Of a stretch of DNA of 64,000 nucleotides, positions 20,959 through 29,018 are shown piece after piece; within the stretch, counting starts at the first letter, position 1; each line of letters begins with the position of its first letter. Both the position numbers and the translations under genes were made by a program. The stretch is from an uncultured bacterium. Its GTDB lineage: Bacteria; Fidelibacterota; UBA2242. The stretch lies in assembly GCA_964589175.1 (NCBI GenBank), contig CAZPRY010000016.1, positions 5,559 through 69,558 of the forward strand, written 5' to 3'. The notes beneath the pieces are model-generated. The model was not told the origin of the DNA. It saw nothing but the letters and a program-made list of their open reading frames with translations, and searched no databases.

Positions 20959-21030
20959 GCTTTCAAATGAATAAAAATCCACACAGTGGATGTAAAAGCG
21001 GGTCTGCAATGAGACTTCCAGGTTTCTTGA

Positions 21031-21129
21031 TGCAGAAACCTTCCGAAAAAATCACTGAATGCAGAAACTTGTTTCCGGATACAGTAACCTGTTCTGAGGG
21101 CAAATGTGCAGGATAAACAGATGTTATGC
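21031..21129 (+). other. attI-like integron recombination site
   Basis: GGATAAA-CAGAT-GTTATGC (21111-21129) has the TAAA-N5-GTT geometry of attI1. Upstream direct repeats TGCAGAAAC at 21031 and 21060. Directly precedes cassette 1. Confidence 0.55.
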
Positions 21130-21157
21130 GTACTTTAAAAATATTTAGGAGGAAGTT

Positions 21158-21967
21158 TTGAGAATCCCATTTATTTCTATTATCTGTATCGTGACAATAT
21201 CAAATTGTGGAGTTCCTCGGTCAGAGTATAATAAACTTAAAGATGAGAATGATTCACTTAAAATTGTAATAGAAGATTACAAATATGGAGCAGAAAGAAT
21301 AATTGCAGAAGTTGAAAAAGCTTTTAATGAGAAAAAATATTTACTTGCACGACAAAATATTGAGTTACTCTACTCAAAACATCCTGAATCGTCTAAAAAT
21401 CAAGAATTCAAAATTTTATTAAAAACAATTGAAAATCTGGAGTTAAAAGAGAAAAAAAGAAAGGAAGCCGAGGAAAAAGAAAAAATTAGGTTGGCTAATA
21501 TAAATAATACTGGAATTTGGAGTATCAACTATTATGTAGATGATTTTGGAGAACCAACCAAGACTGGGTATATAACAAATACGATTTTAATTCGAGGCAC
21601 ATTTAGTAATACAGCAACTGAAGATTCAGAATTAGATGTCATATTTTTAATTTCTAATGCATCAAATATTTCAATAAAACTATTTGAATATGCAGGAAAT
21701 AATCCAGTTAAAGCATATTCTACAAAAAGCTATACTGTTTTAGTCCAAGATAATGATAAAAATCGCCTAAAACTCAGGGCAAACAATTATTCCGATAGAC
21801 TCAGTTTTGATAAAATAGCGTCTGAAAATATACACAATGCTTTATTGAAAGGCGGTACCATAATATTTAGGATAACTGAGGATGACTCTCCAACAACTCA
21901 GTATAACTTTACTATTCAGAATGCGGATTGGTATGGTAATGCTTTTCAAAAATTAAAAGAATCCTAA
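21158..21967 (+). CDS. Hypothetical lipoprotein (gene cassette 1)
   Basis: TTG start after AGGAGG; lipobox-like ISNC, coiled coil and a helical pair, then a beta-rich domain. AT-rich. Confidence 0.75.
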   Translation: MRIPFISIICIVTISNCGVPRSEYNKLKDENDSLKIVIEDYKYGAERIIAEVEKAFNEKKYLLARQNIELLYSKHPESSKNQEFKILLKTIENLELKEKKRKEAEEKEKIRLANINNTGIWSINYYVDDFGEPTKTGYITNTILIRGTFSNTATEDSELDVIFLISNASNISIKLFEYAGNNPVKAYSTKSYTVLVQDNDKNRLKLRANNYSDRLSFDKIASENIHNALLKGGTIIFRITEDDSPTTQYNFTIQNADWYGNAFQKLKES

Positions 21968-21989
21968 AAATATTCTATGTTAAAATGCC

Positions 21990-22121
21990 ACATATCCATT
22001 GGCTGGAGATAACTCGGTGAGCTCTTCGATAAATTTGAGATTTTCGGATTTTCAGAAGGAATTTGAAAATTGAAGGATTATCGCTTTGTATCACCTTGTA
22101 TCTCAGCCTTGTTCGTTAGGG
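21990..22121 (+). other. attC site 1 (132 bp, degenerate R'')
   Basis: ACATATC...GGCTGGAGATA...GGTGA / TCACC...TATCTCAGCC...GTTAGGG: imperfect inverted repeat with one extrahelical base. Confidence 0.65.
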
Positions 22122-22137
22122 CACAAGAGGAATAATA

Positions 22138-22818
22138 ATGAGTAGTGGATTTCCGCAAAACCAAATTCTTGATTGTAACTACTGTGGAAACCGCACACCA
22201 CACGTTCTTCGTTTCGAATATGAGCACTCGATGTTCTTTGATGAGTTTGATAACAATGAAAAACTATATGAACCATTCACATGGCTTTGTTATTCTTGTG
22301 GAACCTGTGGTGGATTAAATATCTTCGGGGCATTCCAATTTGAGTTTCCAATTGATTCACTTGAACATGCACGGTTGTATCCTAGAGGTGCTGATATCCT
22401 ACCTCCATCACACACTCTTTCTCCAAATCAACCAGTTCCATTAAAGATTATTACTCTATATGAAGAGGTCTGGCCACTTCGTCATCGTGCTCCTGCTGCT
22501 TTTATTGGTCAAGTGAGAAGATTGTTGGAATTTGTTTGTGCCGACAAAGAAGCATCTGGAAAAGATCTATATTCTAAGTTGCAGGATCTCAGTGCTAAAG
22601 GTGTCCTTCCCGGTTATTTCACTCAAATATCCGACCTACTTCGCAAGGTTGGGAACATAGGTGTTCACGCTGTTGATGAAAACCTATCTGTATGGGATGC
22701 TGAACTCATTGATGACTTTTTTCGCTCTATTATCGATTATGTTTATATTGCTCCTGCAAGAATTAAACGCATGGAAAATCGTATGCAAAAACACGATAAA
22801 AAAATTGAAAAGCCCTAA
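22138..22818 (+). CDS. DUF4145-like (HEPN-like) protein with N-terminal CxxC...CxxC zinc ribbon (gene cassette 2)
   Basis: CNYC and CGTC; RRLLEFVC...L.SKL..L...LRKVGNIGVH with Rx6H spacing. The stop codon lies inside the attC R'' box. Confidence 0.75.
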   Translation: MSSGFPQNQILDCNYCGNRTPHVLRFEYEHSMFFDEFDNNEKLYEPFTWLCYSCGTCGGLNIFGAFQFEFPIDSLEHARLYPRGADILPPSHTLSPNQPVPLKIITLYEEVWPLRHRAPAAFIGQVRRLLEFVCADKEASGKDLYSKLQDLSAKGVLPGYFTQISDLLRKVGNIGVHAVDENLSVWDAELIDDFFRSIIDYVYIAPARIKRMENRMQKHDKKIEKP

Positions 22819-22869
22819 CCATCGGTTCCAGCAGACGCGCTACGCGCGCCACTGACCGGTTCGTTATAA
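22813..22869 (+). other. attC site 2 (57 bp)
   Basis: GCCCTAAC at the cassette end is the exact complement of GTTAGGGC at its start. Central GCGC-TAC-GCGC hairpin; ends GTTATAA. Confidence 0.85.
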
Positions 22870-22894
22870 TCTATATTTTTAATAGGAGTCTATA

Positions 22895-23380
22895 ATGGAA
22901 AATTCTATTAATCTAGCTAATGATAATGATGAGAAGGCGAAATTTGGTTATCAGATGGCCGTAAACATGGTTGGAATATTAGGCCAAGAAATTTATAGTA
23001 GGTTTAATGCAATGCTTACTGCAAACAGTATCATAATTGCAGCATATGTATTAATTTTTTCTGAAAATAACAACATGCCAGATTTTCTTAAAATCTTCTT
23101 ACCAATTTTTGGAATTGTTCTTTGCTTTTTATGGTTTGTATTTATTCACCATGGAATTTTTCGGCAAAGGCAATATCGAAATGAAGCTGAAAGATTAGAG
23201 GAAGTATATTTTAAATCCTCATTCATTTTGCTTCGTATTGATTATTCTGAAGATCCGTGTCTTCTAAAGTGTTTTAGATTCAAATTTACTTCTATATTTG
23301 TGGTATTTATTTTTATTGTTTTGCATTTGGCCATTCTGTTATATCTATGTCACAAAATCGTCTTTCTTACCATTTGTTGA
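22895..23380 (+). CDS. Small 3-TM membrane protein (gene cassette 3), resembling RipA-like membrane proteins
   Basis: YSRFNAMLTANS, TM pair, LCFLW...AERLEE, C-terminal TM. RBS AGGAG. Confidence 0.7.
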   Translation: MENSINLANDNDEKAKFGYQMAVNMVGILGQEIYSRFNAMLTANSIIIAAYVLIFSENNNMPDFLKIFLPIFGIVLCFLWFVFIHHGIFRQRQYRNEAERLEEVYFKSSFILLRIDYSEDPCLLKCFRFKFTSIFVVFIFIVLHLAILLYLCHKIVFLTIC

Positions 23381-23388
23381 ATAATGGC

Positions 23389-23448
23389 TTATAACGAATC
23401 TGCTTTGCACCTATTCGCGTAGAGTCAGTGTACAAGCTGTAGTTGAAC
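23389..23448 (+). other. attC site 3 (60 bp)
   Basis: TTATAAC is the exact complement of GTTATAA at the start of cassette 3. Inner arms GCTTTGCAC / GTACAAGC; ends GTTGAAC. Confidence 0.75.
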
Positions 23449-23552
23449 GAAGCCCCATATCTGGAAATTGCTGACAGCCTAAAACAAGTTCCGAAGGAAT
23501 CCTCCATAGGAGTCTCAAACGGGAGCCCTTCGAACCTTCGTAACCTACGGGA

Positions 23553-23595
23553 CCATTCTACTATTTCCGTCTGATGCCAGACCTCTGATCGGCAG
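23553..23595 (+). repeat. Left-flank direct repeat of TA module 1 (second copy 24528-24570)
   Basis: 36/43 identical positions by manual alignment, core TTTCCGTCTGATGCC. Confidence 0.75.
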
Positions 23596-23784
23596 TGTCC
23601 GAGATATTGGATCCGCGGGCGTACATTATCGGCTACGTTCAAAACACCGGCGCCGTGTGACATAGAGGCCTACAACTCCGGGCTTTTGAAGAATTTGTGA
23701 ATTTGCTTTTCGTTTTTCATAGAATGTAATCCTTGCGCGGTTCACGCCTTGTCCGTCAGCAGTATAAAAGAATCTATTGTGACG

Positions 23785-23799
23785 GACCATAATATGGTC
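23785..23799 (+). promoter_or_regulatory. Probable TA operator palindrome
   Basis: GACCAT-AAT-ATGGTC about 35 nt upstream of the antitoxin start. Confidence 0.5.
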
Positions 23800-23831
23800 T
23801 ATATTTAGTCGGGTACTATGGAGATTGAAAA

Positions 23832-24116
23832 ATGAAAGCAAGTGAAGCCGTCAAACCTATCAGTTATCTGAAAGCCCACGCCTCGGAAATAATCAGAGAT
23901 ATTATCGATACGCATAAAACACTCGTGATTACTCAGAACGGCGAGGCAAAAGCAATCCTCCAGGATATAAAAAAATATGAACAGACCCAGGATAGCCTGG
24001 CGCTATTAAAAATACTTGCCCTGAGTAATAAAAGTCTGAAAGATAAAGACTATAAATCCGCGGTGGAATCATTCACTTCTATTCGCGATCGAATCAATAA
24101 AAGCAATATCCGGTGA
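23832..24116 (+). CDS. Type II antitoxin, Phd/YefM family
   Basis: VKPISYLKAHASEII...LVITQNGEAKAIL; overlaps the toxin start (GTGA). Confidence 0.9.
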   Translation: MKASEAVKPISYLKAHASEIIRDIIDTHKTLVITQNGEAKAILQDIKKYEQTQDSLALLKILALSNKSLKDKDYKSAVESFTSIRDRINKSNIR

Positions 24117-24436
24117 GTTACACTGTTTATATTATATCCGATGCTGAAGAGGATATATTCCGTATCCATAGATATGCTGCGATTAACGATTCTGTTCAAA
24201 AAGCGGATATTTTACTCAAAAATATAGAAGAAAAAATATCCAATTTATCCGGGATGGCGAATCGCGGCCATACACCGCCGGAATTGGAACAGATTGGGAT
24301 TTACGAATATCGAGAGATACATTTTAAGCCCTATAGAATAATCTATCAAATAATCGAGTCTGATGTTTTCATTCACTGTGTTTTGGATGGACGCCGAGAT
24401 TTAGAGGATTTACTTCAGGAAAGGCTTTTGCGTTAA
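24113..24436 (+). CDS. Type II toxin, RelE/ParE family
   Basis: YTVYIISDAEEDI...RG..PPEL...YREIHFKPYRIIY...VLDGRRDL. Confidence 0.9.
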   Translation: MSYTVYIISDAEEDIFRIHRYAAINDSVQKADILLKNIEEKISNLSGMANRGHTPPELEQIGIYEYREIHFKPYRIIYQIIESDVFIHCVLDGRRDLEDLLQERLLR

Positions 24437-24452
24437 TTCAAAGGCTGACCAT

Positions 24453-24479
24453 CCGCTGCTTTCAGATTAAAAACAACAA
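24453..24479 (+). repeat. Right-flank direct repeat of TA module 1 (second copy 25163-25188)
   Basis: CCGC..CTTTCAGATTAA.AAC..CAA lies 15-16 nt after each toxin stop codon. Confidence 0.6.
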
Positions 24480-24651
24480 ATATTTGCCTTAAGCAGAGAT
24501 TAACTTGATTGCATAAAGTCTTGAATTCCATCCTACTCTTTCCGTCTGATGCCGGATCTCCAATCGGCGGAGAACAGGTATAACCTAACTTGATCGGTTG
24601 ACAATCGTGTGTATAATACTGTATATTATGATGTGACATTTGGAGATAAAA

Positions 24652-24882
24652 ATGATTGAAAAACATACCCGAATTAACATTACTTTACCTGAAACGCTGG
24701 AAGAAGAACTTAGCGCGGTATCCCGGGAATTAAACCAAAAAAAAAGCCACATTATTGCCCGGGCACTCAATTTATATTTCGATGAACTGGATACTCTAAT
24801 CGCGGATAATCGTTATAAGAAATATAAAGAAGGTAAATCAAAAACCTATACCCTATCTGATCTGGAAAAGGTAATCGGGTAG
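24652..24882 (+). CDS. Type II antitoxin, ribbon-helix-helix (RelB-like)
   Basis: TRINITLPETLEEEL...KSHIIARAL; GGAG RBS and TTGACA upstream; precedes RelE. Confidence 0.8.
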   Translation: MIEKHTRINITLPETLEEELSAVSRELNQKKSHIIARALNLYFDELDTLIADNRYKKYKEGKSKTYTLSDLEKVIG

Positions 24883-24886
24883 TATT

Positions 24887-25147
24887 TTGTATTCCGTTGA
24901 GTTTCTCAAAGAGGCCGTCGAAGAATTAAGTCATATAGATCCAATCTGGCAAAAACGTATTCTGAATAAGATCAGGATTCTGGCTGCCGATCCCAAAAAT
25001 CTTGCGAATAATATCAAGAAGCTCACAGGTAAATACCATGAATATTACCGATTACGAGTTGGTGATTACCGGGTGATTTATAGCCTGGAAAATGAACGAC
25101 TGGTTATATTAATTATCCGCATCGGACAAAGAAAAGCAATATATTAA
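24887..25147 (+). CDS. Type II toxin, RelE/StbE family
   Basis: YSVEF...IKKLTG...YRLRVGDYRVIY...IGQRKAIY. Confidence 0.9.
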   Translation: MYSVEFLKEAVEELSHIDPIWQKRILNKIRILAADPKNLANNIKKLTGKYHEYYRLRVGDYRVIYSLENERLVILIIRIGQRKAIY

Positions 25148-25260
25148 AGACCTATTGTTTCCCCGCACTTTCAGATTAAGAACGGCAATCAATGTGAAAC
25201 TCCACGGCTTTCAAGCCGTTGCTTTCTGTGAAGGCTGAGAAACGATTGAATACTCGAATT

Positions 25261-25355
25261 CGTCCGTTGGCGGACACCGGCTGTATCGCAATCGGATAGC
25301 CGCGTCCCGGATCGCGGAGATCGCCCGGCGGGATCGCGTTTGGCACCCGACTTGC
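25261..25355 (+). promoter_or_regulatory. Sigma-54 promoter with two upstream palindromic activator sites
   Basis: CGTCCG-TTGG-CGGACA (25261), TGTATCG-CAAT-CGGATA (25282), and canonical TGGCAC-CCGAC-TTGC (25341-25355). Confidence 0.75.
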
Positions 25356-25429
25356 CTTATAGACAGTATTGGAGGATGATTGGTTTTTAAAAAAAGTATG
25401 CCGAAATTTTCAATCATGACGGAGTGTCT

Positions 25430-27892
25430 ATGATCGGCCACTATCTTAAAAGCGCAATCCGCAACCTCAGGAAACATACCTTCTTCTCTTTCATCAATAT
25501 CGTCAGCCTGGCGATCGGAATCGCGGCTTTCATCCTGATCCTCCTGTATGTCCGGTTCGAACACAGCTACGACCGCTTCCACACGAAAGCCGACCGCATC
25601 TGCCGCGTCACCCGGAAGTATGACAATCCCAACGGCTACCAGCGCCATTTTGCGCGCACCCCCGAGACCTGGATCAACGAGTTGCCGGCCGAATTTCCGG
25701 AGATCGAAACGCTGATCCGTTTTCAACATACGGAAGACGCCGGAATCCGCATCGGCGATCATATTCTGCGCGACGATCACTGGTTCACCACCGATCCCGA
25801 AGTTTTCGATGTCTTCGATTTTCAGCTCACGGAAGGCGACGCCTCCACGGCACTGCGGGAACCGCGTTCCGTGGTTCTCAGCGCAAGCATGGCTCGTAAA
25901 TACTTCGGAGAACAAAATCCGATTGGCGAGGAGCTTCAGTTGATCGGCTGGGGGCCCAACCAGGATACCGGCTATAAAATAACCGGAATCATGAAGGATA
26001 CACCGTCGAATTCTCATTTTCAGGTTCATTTCCTGTGCTCCTGGCGCACGCCGCAGGAAAGGCAGGGGTGGGCCTATGTTTACATCCTGCTGAAACCCGG
26101 CTTTGATCTTCCGGCCCTGGAGTCCAAACTTCCCGCTTTCATCGAAAAGCACGGCGGCGAAGAAAGCCGGCGCTATAGCAGCATGCCGCTTCAAAAATTA
26201 ACGGATATTCACCTGCATTCGAATATCGATCGCGAACTGGAAGTCAACGGCGATATCCGCACTGTGCGCCTGTTTTCCCTGATCAGTTTTTTCATCCTTC
26301 TGATCGCGGCTTTTAATTTTATGAATTTATCAACCGCCCGATCGTTGAACCGGGCTCGCGAAATCGGCGTTCGCAAGGTGCTGGGTTCCAGCCGCAGGCA
26401 GTTGATTCGCTATTTTCTGAGCGAATCATTGCTTTACGTTCTGGTTGCGCTGGTCTTGAGTCTTACTCTCCTCGAATTTATTCTGCCCTGGTTCGGCTCG
26501 ATGCTCGGCATTCAGATGAGTTTGAATTTCTTTCGGGATTGGAATTTCCTGCTGCTTTGCCTCTGCGGTTCGATACTGCTGGGTATCTTCGCCGGTCTCT
26601 ATCCGGCGCTCTATCTTTCCTCTTTTCGACCCGCGCAGGTGCTCGGCGGAAAATCGTTTAAAGTCTCGTCGGCCGGGAAATCCGGATCGGTTCTCGCGCG
26701 CCGGCTGCTGGTGATCCTGCAGTTCAGCATCTCCACCGGGCTCATCATCTGCACACTCATCAACTACCGGCAATTTCGCTTCCTGCAACATAAACATCTC
26801 GGCTTCAATACGGAACAAATCGTCGCGCTCCGTAATATCAGGCCCAATTTAAAGATCAAATACGGCGCCTTCCGAAATGCCGTTCTTGAAAAATCAGAGA
26901 TTATCGATTTCACGGGAGTTATGGATGAACCCTCCAAACCGGTTCTGGATGCCGGTTCGACAGTGGTCGAGGGCAGCAGCGACACTGAGAACGGCACAAT
27001 CGTGTATATCCTCCCCTGCGATGAAAATTTTATCGATTTCATGAACATTTCGCAAGTCGCCGGGCATGACTTTTTCCCACGGAATTTAAGCGATCCCGAA
27101 AGGATGTATTTCCCAAACCTGGATGAAACCGTGGCTGCGATTAATCAGACCGAGCGTGAGTATATTCTGAATGAACGGGCCCTCAGCGTTCTGGGCTTCA
27201 ATTCTGCTGAGGAAGCTCTCGGCCGGCAAATTGAATGGGGAAACGCTCTCTTTCATCTGCAGAGAGGACCGATCGTCGGCGTCGTTCAGGATTTCCACTA
27301 CTCCAGCCTGCACGATGAAATCAAGCCCATGCTGCTGATCCATGAACCGTTTTTCATTTTCACCTACCTGATCAAGATTCGCGGCAGTGATGCCCGACTG
27401 GCGCTGCGACAGATTGAGGAAGCCTGGAAGGAAGTTTATCCCGATCAGCCGTTCGAGTACTTTTTTCTCGATGATATGTTTGAGCAGCTTTATCGCGCCG
27501 AGGAGCTGCAGGGGAAAGTTATGCTCTTATTTTCCGCACTGGCCATCTTCATCGCCTATCTCGGCCTGTTCGGGCTGACCGCGTTCAGCACTGAACAACG
27601 TAAAAAAGAAATCGGCATTCGCAAGGTCCTGGGCGCTTCAATTCCCAATCTGGCGAAAATACTCACGAAAGAGATCTTCATCAGTGTCATTCTCTCCGTT
27701 CTCATCGCCTCGCCTCTGGCGTGGTTGATCATGGAACGCTGGCTGCAGAACTTCGCCTACCACACCGGCATCGCCTGGTGGATATTCCCGCTGGCCGGCT
27801 GTCTGGCCCTGGCAATTGCGGCCGTTACGACCGGCTTCCAGGTCTTCCGGGCTGCTTCATCCAATCCGGTCGAGAGTTTGAAGTACGAGTAA
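25430..27892 (+). CDS. ABC transporter permease (MacB_PCD + FtsX, duplicated)
   Basis: MIGHYLKSAIRNL, SYDRFH, RAREIGVRKVLG, NPVESLKYE. Confidence 0.93.
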   Translation: MIGHYLKSAIRNLRKHTFFSFINIVSLAIGIAAFILILLYVRFEHSYDRFHTKADRICRVTRKYDNPNGYQRHFARTPETWINELPAEFPEIETLIRFQHTEDAGIRIGDHILRDDHWFTTDPEVFDVFDFQLTEGDASTALREPRSVVLSASMARKYFGEQNPIGEELQLIGWGPNQDTGYKITGIMKDTPSNSHFQVHFLCSWRTPQERQGWAYVYILLKPGFDLPALESKLPAFIEKHGGEESRRYSSMPLQKLTDIHLHSNIDRELEVNGDIRTVRLFSLISFFILLIAAFNFMNLSTARSLNRAREIGVRKVLGSSRRQLIRYFLSESLLYVLVALVLSLTLLEFILPWFGSMLGIQMSLNFFRDWNFLLLCLCGSILLGIFAGLYPALYLSSFRPAQVLGGKSFKVSSAGKSGSVLARRLLVILQFSISTGLIICTLINYRQFRFLQHKHLGFNTEQIVALRNIRPNLKIKYGAFRNAVLEKSEIIDFTGVMDEPSKPVLDAGSTVVEGSSDTENGTIVYILPCDENFIDFMNISQVAGHDFFPRNLSDPERMYFPNLDETVAAINQTEREYILNERALSVLGFNSAEEALGRQIEWGNALFHLQRGPIVGVVQDFHYSSLHDEIKPMLLIHEPFFIFTYLIKIRGSDARLALRQIEEAWKEVYPDQPFEYFFLDDMFEQLYRAEELQGKVMLLFSALAIFIAYLGLFGLTAFSTEQRKKEIGIRKVLGASIPNLAKILTKEIFISVILSVLIASPLAWLIMERWLQNFAYHTGIAWWIFPLAGCLALAIAAVTTGFQVFRAASSNPVESLKYE

Positions 27893-28083
27893 AGCTCGTA
27901 AAATCCAGTAATAGATTACTATATCGCAATCCAGGCAATCCGCCTGAATAAAATTTGGAGCGCAGTCATATTATTGCCGATAAGAGATTTCTTTCGCGCC
28001 AACGTTCTTCCCTCAGGTCTTGCATTCGAACAGTCGATACTGTAAAATTGGGTGCAATGAGAATTCGCCGTCGTATTCAGTTT

Positions 28084-28851
28084 ATGAAACTTCTACCGTT
28101 ATTCCTGGCGCTCGGCATCTCTCTTTCCCACACGACTTGCGCTCCGCCCCCGGCAGAACCTGAACCGGAGGCCGGAAAACCCGCCGCACCATCCGCCGGG
28201 CAACTGTATCAGCAGGCCGTAAATACCCAAAATCCTGAGGAAAAGATCGATCTGCTGAGCCGGGCAATCGAATCCAATCCCGCCTACGAAACCGCCTGGA
28301 TGGAGCGTGGTAAAACCTATTCCGAACTGGGTGATTTCAAATCCGCTGTTGCGGATTTCAGCACCGTTTTGGCAAAAAATCCCGAATCGGCGGAAGCACT
28401 TTTCGAGCGGGCCCACAGCTTTCAAAATATGTTGTTCTGGCAAAAAGCGCTGGCCGATTATTCAAGCGCGATCGAGATCGATCCGCGAGGCGGGCTTTAC
28501 GCCGCCCGAGCCGACTGCTACCTCGCTCATAAAGAATACGCCAACGCAATTCCAGACTATACAAAGGCGATTGCAATGGATACTCAGAATGCCGAGTTAT
28601 ATACCAACCGCGGTGTCTGTTACCAAAAATTATCTGAATACGATAAGGCCATTGCCGATTACCAAAGAGCCAGCCGGCTGAAGCCTGAAGAGCCATCGCT
28701 CTATTACAACCTCGGATCGATCTACTGGGAGCTGGGTGAGTGGAGCAAAGTTCTCGGGGCCTGGCAAAAATGCCTCGATATTGACCCGGATTACGGAAAT
28801 ATCAAAATGTATTTGCCGACCGTCAGGAAGCGAGCTATCGGCAAGCATTAA
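28084..28851 (+). CDS. Exported tetratricopeptide-repeat protein (possible lipoprotein)
   Basis: Signal peptide MKLLPLFLALG..TTC, Pro-rich linker, about 6 TPRs (YTNRGVCY..AIADY). Confidence 0.85.
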   Translation: MKLLPLFLALGISLSHTTCAPPPAEPEPEAGKPAAPSAGQLYQQAVNTQNPEEKIDLLSRAIESNPAYETAWMERGKTYSELGDFKSAVADFSTVLAKNPESAEALFERAHSFQNMLFWQKALADYSSAIEIDPRGGLYAARADCYLAHKEYANAIPDYTKAIAMDTQNAELYTNRGVCYQKLSEYDKAIADYQRASRLKPEEPSLYYNLGSIYWELGEWSKVLGAWQKCLDIDPDYGNIKMYLPTVRKRAIGKH

Positions 28852-29018
28852 AACTGTCCATTTTTGAAAATCTTCCTTTTTATTGGAGTATCATATCGGA
28901 ATATCTTCATTATCCATTCACAATCACAATGTTTTTCCTTTTTATTTTTTTAAAATATAAAGATATTAATTTCCGATGCGAAGCCCTCGAAACGCTAAAA
29001 TTTTCAAGGAGTGAAAGA

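Noticed and set aside
23443-23660. Fourth, ORF-less cassette (GTTGAACG ... CGTTCAAA)
   Set aside because: The putative R'' is imperfect, no inverted arms or R' follow, and the TA left repeat lies inside it.
25211-26194. 327-aa minus-strand ORF, and similar long antisense ORFs (32328-33191, 47158-48183, 48220-49041, 54610-55575)
   Set aside because: Shadow frames of well-supported genes, with no recognisable motifs.
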